Source: the human T2T-CHM13v2.0 reference genome, Homo sapiens | Direction: 5' to 3' (one strand) | Length of the DNA: 64,000 bases | Assembly (NCBI RefSeq): GCF_009914755.1 | Contig: NC_060928.1 | Part shown: positions 12,614 through 28,329 of the stretch, piece by piece | Numbering within the stretch: position 1 is the stretch's first letter | How the letters are laid out: the number at the start of each line of letters is the position of its first letter | Notes under the pieces: generated by a model | The model's database searches: none | The model's input: only the letters and a program-made list of their open reading frames with translations | What the model was told of the DNA's origin: nothing | Translations under genes and position numbers: made by a program

Positions 12614-13141
12614 TGTGGCACATAGTTTTATGTTGGACACTTCTTACTCTCACACTTCACATCTTCTCAGTTTTACTCTGGCCATTGCATAGGTGTTACC
12701 TTACACGTACCTGCTTTAGCTGCACCATGTATTTGTCAGTTTCTGCCCTGGGGCTTCTCACACCCCACATGGGAAACTTGTGGGGACCCATTTAGCACTT
12801 GAGTCTGTGTAGACTTGGAAGTGTGAGGGTGTTAATCCTCATGGGAAAACCCTTGATCGATGGGAGATGGGAGCCCGTGGCTAAATGCTTCCCAATTCTG
12901 TCTCTTAGGTTGACAATTAAAAGGGGCACATTCTACATGGTTTCTTAGAGCCCCTCATTTGAATCAAGCTCCAGTTTCCCATACTTTCTAGTTTGATAGT
13001 GTACCTTAATAGTGGATTTTCTTTCTTTCCTGTTCCATTTCTCCCAGTTTCCCACTACTTTTCCTTGGGTTGACACCCTAAAATAAACTACCTCCATGCA
13101 AGTTCCTGCCGTCTGCTTTCTGGCTGAAACCTAGGCTAACA
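12614..13141 (+). mobile_element. LTR16-family solo LTR (ERVL)
   Basis: gatgggagatgggagcccgtggctaaatgcttccc...aaataaactacctc...ctgctttctggctgaaacctaggctaaca. Confidence 0.65.
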
Positions 13142-13353
13142 TAGTATTGCATTGCCTGAATGCATCCAAATGTAGTGTTTTTTTATTGATGGACATTTAG
13201 ATTATTTCCTTTTCTCATTGTTATAACCAATGTTGTGATACATTCTTATGCGCACATTTTTGTATATTTCTTTGCATCTTTATTTCATTACAAAAAATTA
13301 CTATAAATGAAATTGCAGTCTATTACTGATAAACAGCAGGAATGTACATCTTC

Positions 13354-13682
<329 letters not shown>

Positions 13683-14569
13683 TAACGGCTTTTGGTACTT
13701 GCTAGAACCAAAACATTTGTATTTAACAGTTTCACATGTTTGTGGGAAAAATTAGCCACTAATGGGAGGACATTGTCTATAAAAATTATCCTAAATGACT
13801 GATTACATGTTGAGGGCTGGCTGCATTCCATAACTATAAGCTAATAACTCAGTTGTGACTAAGGTAGAGAGACTTACTTCACTTGGTTCAAATCAAACGT
13901 AACACTGAGTTCTTTGGGCTTGACTTTGAGTCTTTTTAACACTGTGAAGTAAGAAGTGGTGAGAGATCAAAAATTAATCTGAGAGAGTCACTTTATATAT
14001 TTTAAGATGATTGCACTGGTGATATCACTGCTCAAGAAAGTTTGCAAGCACACAAAGACCTTTAATCTCTAATGCTTAAGCTTACTATAATAACATTTTT
14101 CTTAAGAGAGAAAAAGGGGCACCAACAATTTAGAATTCCTTATATCATTAACACTAAAAAAAGTTGCCCTAGGACTTCTTTTCTCAAAGAAGCTGTCAAA
14201 ATTGACCCAAGGTAATCCTCCTAAACTCTATGTCCTTGGGGTGAAGGTGTATCTCACCTTTACTTTTACTGTAGTGAAAATAAAGTGGAAGTTACCAAGT
14301 AAGCAGAGAAAACTGTGTAATAACGTTTGATACCATATCATATTAAATCTGTTCTAATCTGTTCTTATAATTGTATTGCTTTGATTACTTAAATTTTAGA
14401 AAGCCTTGTATTTCACAGTGCATAGGTAGGTGGCTTATAGTTGATAATATTTGGTGACTGGTTTCCAAAAAGGGTTGCTCAGTTGACACTTGCTTAGAAG
14501 TATAGCTATTTCAACAGTAAATAAGATTCTACTTACATCATTTTGGCTTACAGCACTTTTCCCACTATC

Positions 14570-14838
14570 TTTTTTTTTTTTTTTTTTTAATTTGAGGTAG
14601 GATCTTGCTCTGTCCCCCAGACTGGAGTGTAGTGGCATGATCTTGGCTCACTGCAACCTCCACCTCCTGGGTTCAAGTGATTCTCCCTGTCAGCCTCCTG
14701 AGTAGCTGAGATTATGGGCATGCACCAACATACGCAGCTGATTTTTGTATTTTTATTAGAGACAAGGTTTCATGATGTTGCCCAGGCTGGTGTTGAACTC
14801 TTAGGCTCAAGCGATCCACCTACCTCTGCCTCCCAAAG
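14570..14838 (-). mobile_element. Alu (J/S), 5'-truncated
   Basis: Poly-T followed by antisense Alu ending at gcctcccaaag. Confidence 0.85.
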
Positions 14839-15470
14839 ATTTTTCCCATTATCTTGACATGTAATAAAAATGTTGGGCATTAGCCTCTTGGTCAAGAGTG
14901 AACCTCTTTATAATAGCATTGTTTCTATGGAAAAATTAAAGTCTATGTTTTGTTGATTTGAAATAACTTTGACAGGAACTTAACTCACATAAATGAAAAA
15001 TTGCTTGTCTTATAGGTCTTTTTTCTCTTTGTGTAAACTTATGGGATATGTGATCACAAACATTAATGCAGTTTAAAGTTGCTTTTAAGTAGTATGCCTT
15101 TTAATTAAGTTTGTACAGAAGAGGTGGATCCAGAACTTGGAGGCTGGGACATGCCAGTCTGGGGAGTTTGAGGTGGGCTGTGTGGAGCTATTGAAGCTTT
15201 TGAGAATTTAAGTAACCAGAATGAATCAGAATTTTTGAAACTATAATTGGGTCATTGAAAGAAGACGGAGATCTGTTAGAAAACTGGTTTAGGGATGAGA
15301 TAATGAAGGCCTGAGCTAATGTGCTGGCTTAGAAAGCAAACATAAAGGGGGAAAGGGATAAAGGCAATATCTGAAAGGACCTAGGATGCTGAATAAAAGT
15401 GGGGCATGAGGGGAAATGGTAAGAAGGACTGCAATTTTGTGTTTGAGGGAGTGAGGGTAGGGATTTGGCT

Positions 15471-15794
15471 TTTCTTTTCTTTTTCTTTTTCTTTTTTTTT
15501 TTTTTTTTTGAGATGGAGTTTTCACTCTTGTCGCCCAGGCTGGAGTGCAGTGGTGCAATGTCGGCTCACTGCAACCCCTGCCTCCTGCGTTCAAGCAGTT
15601 CTCTTGTTTCAGCCTCCTGAGTAGCTGGGATTACAGGTGCCTGCCACCACACCCAGCTAATTTTTGTATTTTTTAGTAGAGATGGGGTTTCCCCACGTTG
15701 GCCAGGATGGTCTCGAACTCCTGACCTCAGGTGATCCACCTGCCTCGGCCTCCCAAAATGCTGGGATTACAGGTGTGAGCCACCACACCTGGCC
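15471..15794 (-). mobile_element. AluS (Sx/Sq)
   Basis: Full antisense Alu with ctgacctcaggtgatc; TSD tggcttttct. Confidence 0.92.
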
Positions 15795-17286
15795 TGGCTT
15801 TTCTACCACTGTATCTACAGGTCTACAGCAGTGCTTGGCATGTAGGAGGTACTCAATAAATAGTTGCTGAAACAATGAAGGGCATTTGTATAATCAAACA
15901 TGAGATAAAGTTACCCATATGACATTCTCAAATTGATTCCTCCCTTAATATTTGTGTAACACCCATCTGGCACTCAGTGTGAATATTTACCAACCATATA
16001 GTATGGCTTTTTCTCTCACCAGCAGGCCTAATTTGGCAGACTGGTTTTGTAGCATGGTAGCCCTTCATCTTCCTCTTGGAGTGAATTTTAGCTTCCCTAA
16101 AGGGTGATGTTTGCATAACTCTTCCTTCATCTTTGGAACAAGAACATCATTTGCTAGTAGACCTTGCTACTCATTTCCTTCCTCCGTAAAGTCGTTAAGA
16201 GCAATGTGTTGCATTAGTATTTGCTTGCTTTGTGTGGTGTATGGGAACTGGAAGGAAAGGGTTCACTTGCAGAGAGGAAGCCTAAGGAGCCAGGGCTTAT
16301 GCCCAGAAATCCTTCATCAAATAAGGATTTATGGAATACAAGGACAGTCTAGAAGGGTAGAATCCCTGTCCTTGGGAAAGTTAAGTAGAGGAGGCCAAAA
16401 TGGTATAGTGGAAAGAGTCTAAACAGGAAATAAAGAAAACTCATGTGACATTGAACAACTTAACATTTTCTTGGGTTTTATTTCCTTCATATGTTAAAAA
16501 AGAGAGACTTGGGTTAGATAATCTCAAAGACTCTTTCAAGCCCTAAAGTCTATAATTCTTTTTCTGACCTTAAATGCATTGATGAACTATCATTTGTTCC
16601 TCACCATCTCTTCTGTCTAGCTTCCTTCTCAATACTTCGCCTGTGTTGCATGTTTCTCCCAGCAATTTCTTTAAGCCCTAACCAACATTCTGATTGTGTT
16701 TGTAGCTATAATCATGGCAGCAAGTCTTCCTCATTTATTCAGACTTAATAACTTAGTCTATTTAAGTTAGGCAAAACATTTGTTGTGTTTGAAACAGCTA
16801 GTTTGGTAAGATTGTAAAAGGTGCCAGAAATTTATTAGGAGCTGCCTCAGATACATCAGCCTGTTTGCTGTTAGTGTCTGTGACCCACATATTTACACCC
16901 CACTCTGTTTCCTCTGAGTCACAACATTCCACTTAGGACTTGGTGGTTGTGGTTGGCCTTATCAACTCTAGGCCATCACTTGGAATCATTTTTCTTGCCT
17001 AATGCCACATGGACACATAGTCCTATCATAAGCATTAAAGAGTAAGCAGATGTCTTGTTAGGTGGCATCTCTTCTTGCTGTTAAGGAAGGCCTGAGCTCG
17101 CTCTTATATTCTTTGTTCAACAGATTTGTTACCGGACCATTGCCTATTCTGTTTTTAAAAAGCTATTACAGCATTTTTCCTCTCTGAGAAAACTCCTTGA
17201 TAAATACATATAGGAATGTTGACATCAGATTCTTATGTGTTTATTAAATTTGAGAAGTGGAGCTTAACAAGGAGGGCATGGTTTTA

Positions 17287-17577
<291 letters not shown>

Positions 17578-18564
17578 TTAGAGATACCATATACCCAAAG
17601 GGAAGTATTACTCTGTTTTTCGTTGTTGTTGTTTCAGATGCTTGGCTTACTGTCTGGAATTAGTAGCTATCGCATCTGGGTATTTATAGAGTTCTAGTGG
17701 GAGCTGTTAATGAACCCTTCATTCAAATCTAAGACTAACCAAGACTTTCAATTTCAGAGCTTTTTTCCTAGGAGAACTGATTTAGAAACTTAGAAAATAC
17801 ATTTCTTCACAAACATGGTATAAACTTTCATAATATATGGACAAAAACAAGTCTCATTAAGGCCGAATGCCTTAAAGGGTGCTTACTTGGGTAACTATAG
17901 TCAGATAGAACCCACCCAGTCCAAGTGCCTGCGATTGGGGCAGATTTAACTACTATCTAGTCTCATTCAAGTTCACATGTTGCTCAGGGCTTCCGTTTCT
18001 TGACCTAGTGCTCCCCTGGGTGTCATGGACCTATGAGTTTCTTGGAAAGTCCTCAAGAGGCAGTTTATATGGGATTTAATAAGCTTTTGAGGATGAGTAG
18101 ATGTCCATCTGTTAGATGCTGCAAGGGTGATGTGTAGGCTTTTGTCAATGGTGGACTCTCACTCTACAGCTCCTCAGCTTGGCTGATACGTGGTTTTCAT
18201 TAGAATAGTGCTGGGTGGTTGATGAGTATTGGCTCAGATTCCTTACAGTTCTCTGGTATTAGTTATCATGTAGTTCTTCCATGTCTATTCCTCTTCTTTA
18301 CCAGCACAGTCACCCACCACTACCATTTTTCTTTTAATCACAGCCCAAGTGATCCTCAGTTAACCTGGGAGATGGAGAGGGGATCATTTGCCTCTCTCTA
18401 TTCTGTTTCCAATCTATTATTATGACATAAACTCCATGCCCTGCTTCCTTCATTTTTGCTGTAGCTGTTCAAATTCTCTGTAAGGCAATATGGGTGCCTC
18501 AGATTGAGTAGGATAGGGTCACTCCAAGGAAGTGCAGAACATTTTTTTAAAAACCACAAAGGTG

Positions 18565-18880
18565 GGTTGGGCGCGGTGGCTCACGCCTGTTATCCCAGCA
18601 CTTTGGGAGGCTGAGGCAGGCAGATCATGAGGTCAGGAGTTCGAGACCATCCTGGCCAATATGGTAAAACCCTGTCTCTACTAAAAATAGAAAAATTAGC
18701 TGGGCGTGGTGGTGGTGGGCACCTGTAGTCTCAGCTACTCAGGAGGCTGAGGCAGGAGAATTGCTTGAACCCAGGAGGTGGAGATTGCAGTGAGCTGAGA
18801 TCACACTACTGCACTCCAGCCTGAGCAACAGAGCGAGACTCCATCTCAAAAAACAAAAACAAAAACAAAACAACAAAAAA
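18565..18880 (+). mobile_element. AluS (Sg-like)
   Basis: gatcatgaggtcaggagttc diagnostic; TSD ccacaaaggt. Confidence 0.92.
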
Positions 18881-19235
18881 ACCCCACAAAGGTTAGTATT
18901 TCAAGATACTACTTCACTGTGTATCTCAATACAATAATTCCTGGAAGGGATTCCTTAACTTGGAGTTTTATGAAGATGTCAAAAGTAGTTGTTGAAACCG
19001 TTGAACCTAGATTGTCAAAAGAAGCCCTCCTGGTGATTAAAGCCTATGAATTAAAAAAAAAGAGGCCCTCTTTTGTAGAGGCCTTTTAGGGGTTCTGACA
19101 TCCCTAAGAAGTTGATGAGAAACTATAATTTGTGTGGCATAGAGAAGAGATTACATAAGGATTCTGTTCCTCTTTTTACATGTGGTCCAGAGAATCCTCT
19201 TCTAGACACTGAGTCCTTTATTCCTAATTCCTGTC

Positions 19236-19610
19236 TGATATGGTTTGGATTTGTGTCCCCACCCAAATCTCATCCAGAATTGGAGGAAGGGCCTGGTGGG
19301 AGGTGATTGGGTCATGGGGGTGAATTTCCCCCTTGCTGTTCTTGTGATAGTGAGTGAGTTCTCATGAGATCTGATGGTTTAAAAATGTGTGGCACTTCCC
19401 CCTTCATCCTCTCTCTCTTTCCTGCCACCATGTGAAGAAGGTCCTTGCTTCTTCTTTGCCTTCTGCCACGATCATAAGTTTCCTGAGGCCTACCAGTCAT
19501 GCTTCCTGTTAAGCCTGTGGAATTGTGAGTCAATTAAACCTCTTTTTTTTTTTCATAATTTACCCAGTCTAAGGTAGTTCTTTGTAGCAGTGTGAAAATG
19601 GGCTAATACA
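19236..19610 (+). mobile_element. Solo MaLR LTR, MSTA/THE1D-type
   Basis: tgatatggtttggatttgtgtccccacccaaatctcat...aaatgggctaataca. Confidence 0.88.
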
Positions 19611-19952
19611 CGGCCTTTACTTGTGCATTGGCTTAAGTCTGGCATTAAGCCCTGAGCCTTTATCAGCTGGCTTCTCTGGGATGTTTTACCTCTCTGTACT
19701 GCTCTACCAGAACTGGCAATGGATATGCAACAACACGATTGTCTTTCTAATGGGCTCAGTGTCAGTGTCTGTGTCCTCCTTAGCAGATTAGTTCTTTTTG
19801 AGGGGTCAGACCCTTTTGTTCCACTGTGGTCAAGAGAGAGAAGTTTTACAGCTTTTTCGGTGGCTGTCTCGCCTTTTTTTTTACTATGCATATTCTGCTT
19901 ATGTATGGATCACCTTTCTTGAAGTCCCCCTTGTGGTCAGTAACATAAGACA

Positions 19953-20205
19953 CTGGAGTCCAGTGGCATGGTCTCAGCTCACTGCAACCTCCACCTCCCA
20001 GGTTCAAGTGATGTTATGCCTCAGCCTCTTGAGTAGCTGGGATTACAGGCCCATGCCACCACGCCTGGCTAATTTTTGCATATTTAGTAGAGATGGAGTT
20101 TCACCATGTTGACCAGGGTGGTCTCGAACTCCTGTCCTCAAGTGATCCATCTGCCTCAGCCTCCCAAAGTGCTGGGATTACAGGCATGAGCCACTGTGCC
20201 TGGCC
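19953..20205 (-). mobile_element. Alu lacking its 3' end and tail
   Basis: Antisense Alu that begins abruptly at ctggagtccagtgg. Confidence 0.85.
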
Positions 20206-20515
20206 AACATACCACATCCTGAGCAATAACTTTATACATCTCCTGGGTATCAGTGGCTTGGCACATTGGCTTTTCATCACTTCATTTTTATTCTCCCATG
20301 AATTACGTTTATTCTGAAGAGCTTGGCCTCAGTTGAGACTGAGAAGTTAGTCACCTTGACTACTTCTTGGTATTGTCATTGTAAATGTTATTTCCCAATG
20401 TGAAAGATGAGAACCTAGCTTTCTCTTACTTATCTCCCCTGCGCCTATCACATATTTGCTCACTTCCCATTCCTCCATCCTCCTAATATGGATATGTGGT
20501 GGTTTTAGTAGCATC

Positions 20516-20584
20516 AATATTCAGTGATTACATGATTATGATTATATAAATATTCAGTGATTACATGATATGATTATGTATATA
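20516..20584. repeat. Imperfect ~33-bp tandem duplication
   Basis: aatattcagtgattacatgat(t)atgattat occurs twice. Confidence 0.75.
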
Positions 20585-20703
20585 AACCCATTTATCTGAG
20601 CCACGATAATATTTTCTTCTCTGTACAACTTTTTATTTTCCCTGAAACTAATAATTTTCATGTTTATACATTTTTTGTCTTCTTTGTGCTTATCTGCATA
20701 TAT

Positions 20704-20898
20704 CAGGGGTCAGCAAACTGTCTCGTGGGACAAATCCAGCCTGTTACCTGTTTTTGCAAATAAATTTGGTTTGCTTATTGTTTATGTCTGCTTTTGCCCT
20801 ACAACAGCAGAGTTAAGTAGTGTGATGGAGACTGTATGGTCTGAAAAACCTAAAATATTTATTATCTGGCCTTTTATAAGAAAAATTTGCAACCTCTA
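20704..20898 (+). mobile_element. MER58A (hAT-Charlie DNA transposon)
   Basis: caggggtcagcaaact...aaaatatttattatctggcc...tttgcaacctct termini. Confidence 0.8.
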
Positions 20899-21343
20899 GC
20901 TTATTATAATTCAACCTCAAACTACAAATTTTTAGTCTCTCTGCAACGTATTCAGAAACATTCAGTATTCTACTGACTTCATTTCCTGGGGCAAGCTCTT
21001 CTGGAGCCTTCTGACTTGTTTCTGACCTTTCAATTGGTCTGGTTGCCCTATGGGCCTGGGACACAGTTGTCAGGCTGTGTCACCCTTTATCATCCATCTG
21101 GAGATTCTCTTTGCTGTCTTCTGTGGTGGATCCTTTGTTAACTGTATCTCATGTCTTATTTCTTTTCTAGTGCTACTCTTTCATTTCAGTAGAATATATT
21201 CTCTTGCTTCCTGAAAAAGGATGAATGGAAAGTCAATTTTTTGAGACTTTGTCTGAAGATGCTTTTTAAAAAATCTTTCCTTCATATTTGACTAATAGTT
21301 TGGATTGGTTTAAAATTCTAGGTTGGGGAAAATTTTCTTCTGC

Positions 21344-21652
21344 TTTTTTTTTTTTTTTTTTTTTTTTGAGAGGGTCATACTCTGTTGCCCAGGCTGGAGT
21401 TCAGTGACAATCATCAGTCATAGCTCACTGCAACCTTGAACTGTTGGGCTGAAGTGATCCTCCCGCCTCAGTCTCCCAAGTAGCTGGGACTACAAACATG
21501 TGTCCATCACGCCCAGCTAATCTTTTATTTTTAGTAGAGTCAAGGTCTCTCTCTATTGCACAGGCTGGTCTTGAATTTCTGGCCTCGAGCGATCCTTCTG
21601 CTTTGACCTCCCAAAGTGCTGGGATTACAGGCATGAGCCACTACACCCAGTT
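21344..21652 (-). mobile_element. AluJ
   Basis: Antisense Alu; TSD ttctgctttt. Confidence 0.9.
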
Positions 21653-21979
21653 TCTGCTTTTGAAGCCATTGTTCCCTTATCTTCTAGCTTCCAGTATTGT
21701 TGTTGGGATGTCTAAAACCATTTTGATTCCATTTGTTTTCTATATGACTTTAAAGGAAGTCTCTTCAGTGTTTATTGGATTGTCTCTTTTTCCCAATCCT
21801 CTGCCATTTCGTAATGCTATGCCTTGCTGTGGATCTATTTTCATTACTTAGGCAGGCATTTAGTGAGTCTTTTTAACCTGAAAATTCATGTCCTTCAGTT
21901 CTGAGGATTGTTCTTAAATTATGTAATTGATGTTTTCCTCCTGGGACATACTTTAAGGCAGAGCTTTTTTTTTTTTTTT

Positions 21980-22164
21980 TAAGAGAAAATATATTAACAT
22001 TTATTAAGTGGAAGTGGATCATCATAAACTTCTTCAGGATGAGTAGGCTGAGGAGGGGGAAGAGGAGGGATTAATCCTGCTGTCTCAGAGTGGCAGAGGC
22101 AGAAGAAAATCTGCATATAAATGGACCCACACAGTTTAAAGCTGTGTTGTTCAAGCATCAACTG
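21980..22164 (-). mobile_element. Tigger2-family (Tigger2a/MER28) terminal fragment
   Basis: Reverse complement begins cagttgatgcttgaacaacacagctttaaactg, resembling the Tigger2 TIR; flanking TA. Confidence 0.7.
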
Positions 22165-22297
22165 TACATGTATGTTACACCTGAGTTGGGCAATACCTAC
22201 AAGTCCTTGGGCTACACTCTTGCCTTTGACCATAGGAACCACGAGAAAATCTCAGGCATTTCTTCAGGCTCTGCCTCTCACCCTTGGGTTTGGATCC

Positions 22298-23673
<1,376 letters not shown>

Positions 23674-24789
23674 TTAAATAGGGATAATGATGATGGGAAT
23701 GACGATGATGATGATGGTGAAAAAGTAGCTTGGGTTTTTGTGAGGTTAAATTTAAAAGTGCCTATCAAAATGCCTGGCAACATAGTAAGTCCCAGACTTT
23801 CTCTCCCAAACCCCTACATGTGATAAGAAAAAACAGATTAGTATTAGGATTGTTTCTACACTTTAAGGGAACATGTAAACTATAGCCTGTGCTGTATCAG
23901 AAGGACAGTGAATACCATGTAGTGCTCTGGTTTTGAGTAGTTCATACTTCACATTCTCACTGCCCTTGAGAGCTTGGTTTATACTATGTCAACTCACACG
24001 TGTTTAGCTCTTATGTCACATTATAATTGCTCTCAGATAGTTTTGATGGACATTTTGCCTACCCAGTCAGATGATAAACTACACAAAGGCAGGGATACCT
24101 TCCATTAACTTTGAATCATCCATAGTTCCTGGAACAGGGTTCTGTAGATGAAACATTTCTATTCTTAGTGATAACAGCTTGAAATGAAACATTTACTTAT
24201 TCTTCTTATTGGTTGAAGGGATAGAACGTGAATAAAACAGAGCTTAGGGGTTTTGGAGAATGTGATTACCAACTCAAATATCCAACAAGATGTTTCTTAG
24301 CAGTTGTCTGGATGACAACATGATGATCCTGATTTATTATTGCTTTGCTTTAAATACCACTTAGGAGATAATAGCAATTTACTGTTGGCTCTGGTTTCCT
24401 ATTCATCCCTTCACTGGTCTTGGGTAATGTTATTGTCATACACAAAAATTGCAATATGTAAAACATGCATAGTTTCTATTTTATTCATAAGATCCATTAG
24501 GGCAAGAACCTTGCCTTAGTAGCTTTCATATTTCCAGTGCCTAGACTAGTGCCTGACACATTATAAGCACTCAGAATAAATTATGTTGGATGACTCTTCA
24601 TACTTATACGTAATGCTAAGTAAGGCTATAGGCGAGTACTTTGGGGTGCTGAGAGTGTGCTGGTTTTCAAAATAGAACATTAGTTTTTCTCAGACTTCTG
24701 AGAGTTTGTGGTCTTCTAGGTATTCTAGGTATTTGACCACAAATAATCTATGATCATTTTATGTTATGAAATTCACCAAATATCTTCTA

Positions 24790-25091
24790 TTTTTTTTTTT
24801 TTTTTTTTGGAGACAGAGTCTCACTGCGATGCCCAGGCTGGAGTGTAGTGGCGTGATCTTGGCTCACTGCAACCTCCACCTCCTGAGTTCAAGCAATTCT
24901 CATGCCTCAGCCTCCTAAGTAGCTGGGATTACAGGCACCCGCCACCACACCCAGCTAATTTTTGTATTTTTAGTAGAGACAGGGTTTCACCATGTTGGCT
25001 AGGCTTGTCTTGAACTTCTGACATCAAGAGATCTGCCTGCCTTGGCCTCCTAAAGTGCTGGGATTACAGGCATGAACCACTGCACCCAGCC
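24790..25091 (-). mobile_element. AluS (Sx/Sz)
   Basis: Full antisense Alu with poly-T; TSD ctattttt. Confidence 0.9.
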
Positions 25092-25289
25092 CCCTATTTT
25101 TAAGTTTCTCTGAAATTTTACTGAAAGAGTTAACTTATTTAGTTATAGAACAATTAAGTTAGATCTAATATTTGATAATTCAAGCAGTGTACACATGCAT
25201 ATATTGATAAGTATGTTTTACTCAAAAATATTTTCACTGTGGAATATCCTAGAATTGCATCACATTAAAAAAATTATTTAACTGACAAA

Positions 25290-26365
25290 TGATTTTTTAT
25301 TGTAGTAAAATTCAGTTAGTATAAAATTTACCATTTAAATCATTTTTTTCCCTACTGCCTGTAAAATTGCAGAGTCATCTTTTTTTGTTGTTGTTGTCCT
25401 TTTAAAAAAAAAAAAACCAGGGTCTTACTCTGTTGCCCAGGCCTGAGTGCAGTGGCACAAACAGAGCTCACTGCAGCCTTGACCTCCTGGTTTCAAGCCT
25501 CTGCTTCTCAAGTAGCCGGGACTACAGGTGTGTGGCACCATGCCCGGCTGTTTTTTATTTTTTATTTTCTTTGTAGAGATTAGGTCTCTCTATGTTGGTC
25601 AGGTTGGTCTTGGACTCCTGGACTCAAGTGATCCTCCTGCCTCAATCTTTCAAAGCGCTCAGGCTACAGGTGTAAGCCACTGTGCCCAGCTTAGATTAAG
25701 CATTTTTAAAGCATACAATTCATTGGTATTTAGGACGTTCACATGGTTGTGCAACTACCACCACTATCTAGCTCCAGAACATTTTCATCACCCCAGATGG
25801 AAACAGGAGACAATAAGCAGCCACTCCCCATCCTCCCCTACCCACAGCTCCTGGAAACTACTAATCTGTTTTCTGTCCCTATAGATTTGCCTATTCTTGG
25901 ATATTTCATATAAATGGTATCATACCATTTACAGTCACAAAGCCTTTTGTGACTGGCTTTTTTAACTTAACATGATGTTTTCAAGGTTCATGGATGCTGA
26001 GGCATGTCTCAGGACTTCTTTCTATTTTAAGGCTGAAAAATATTCTATTGGATGGTTATACCATGTTTATTTGTTCATTCATGAATTGATGGACATTTGT
26101 GTTTTTTTCTGTCTTTTGGCTAGTAGAAATAGTGCTGCTGTGAACACTGGTGTACAAGCATCTGCTTGACTCCCTGTTTTCAATTATTTTGGGCATATAC
26201 CTAGGAATGAAATTGCTGAGTCATATGGTATTTTATGTTTGACTTATTGAGGAATCACCAAAAGGCTGCACACTTTACATTCCCACCAGCAATGTATGAG
26301 AGTTCTGATTTCTCCATATACTCATCAGCATTTACTGTTTTCTGTTTTTTTTTAATTATAGCCAA
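25290..26365 (-). mobile_element. L1MB-type 3' fragment interrupted by an Alu
   Basis: tagatttgcctattcttggatatttcatataaatgg...tttacattcccaccagcaatgtatgagagttc. Confidence 0.8.
25380..25691 (-). mobile_element. AluJ
   Basis: Diverged antisense Alu with J diagnostics. Confidence 0.85.
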
Positions 26366-27057
26366 TCTACAAATGATTTTAAACTTTGTTACAAATTCTT
26401 ATCCCTCTGTGGGAGCATATTTATAACCCCACATTGCATATTTCTGGGACAGTTTTGATGTTTGATCTGCTTGTTCTCCGGGCAGAGGGAGTGTGATTTC
26501 TGTAATGCTAACTGTGCTCTCCAGCCGCCCGGCATTGTGTTGTTTGGGTGTCTGGGAGTGTCAGACTTGGAATGTTACTGTTGATTGCTGTGGACAGTTT
26601 TCATCTCTGAAGGGAAGATATACAGGTTTGGGGCTAGAGTGAAGACTGTTCTTGGAGATATTTTTAACCACGTCCAAATAACTCCATGCCAACAAATATA
26701 AAATGAGTAATCATTCTTTTTGTTTTGATGTCAAAAAGAATACATTTGTAATAACTCCACTCTTTTTCTAAAAAGGAGTAGTGTCTTCTTCTGTCAGAAA
26801 ATGATTTTAGATTACAGTATTTGGCAAGTTTTAGAGCTTCACTGTCTATTTTATGATAGTATAAACGTTTTCTTCTTTGAAAGACAAATTTACACAATAA
26901 GATATGTAAGAAGTAGAGTAAAGCAGCAATGTTTAAATACATTGTTATGTTCAGGTTTTAGATCCTGACCTGAATTTTAGAATAAATATACAAAAAAGGT
27001 GTTTTTTTAAGTTCATCTAGGGGTGATTGAGGCTACAAAATTTATGCCATGTTTTCA

Positions 27058-27508
<451 letters not shown>

Positions 27509-28329
27509 TTATTGATTGATTAGGGATGTGGGTTAAATGGTAGGCTGGTAGGCTGCTATTAACTTTCTCATGTACTTCCCCAAAGAAGCCCATGAGGTAG
27601 AAACACAAATGTATGGATATCATTTTAACACTATACTATACTATTTGGGAAACATTTTAGTTTTATTGGGAGGGAAACATTTATTAGTATCTCAAAAGAT
27701 GCCAGTCTTCAAAGTACTCTCCTACCTGTGACAGGAACCATTACATAAGAAAATTAACGAAAGACCTGTAGAGAATAAAAGGTAAAGAAATACTGTATCT
27801 AATAGTTTCTAGCATATAAACACTGGATTTTAGGTAGCATTATTGTACAATGATGTGCATAGTAGGCTTTCAAAAAGCGTTTGTAGAATTAATGAAGGAA
27901 ATGAATAATTCATTAATGAATAATGAAGAAAGAAAAAAATTGTATAAACTGAACTGAACTGAAATATTTAACTTAAAGGACCAAATAATCTAAAGAGGAA
28001 TCTTTATTTGTTTCTGCTCCCAAAGAGCTCATGTTTTGTATTTAGTTATAGTTCAACAATGTTTATTTAATGCCTTCTACATGCGAGGCACTGAGATGAC
28101 GTAAGGAGGTTAGATAGGGGATGAGCGGAATGTAAACAAAGATGTGTAGTAATAGAAGTACTTCAAAGGTCAGAACAGACAGGATGATGAAAGAGGAGGA
28201 AGACATTAACTCTGCCAATGGTGGCATATTAGAAGAAATTAACAAAAGAATTGAGCTCAGTTTTGAAGGTAAATGCTGGTTTATCAGGATGACAATGGGC
28301 ATGGAAATTCTGGGTAGCAGGAACAACAT

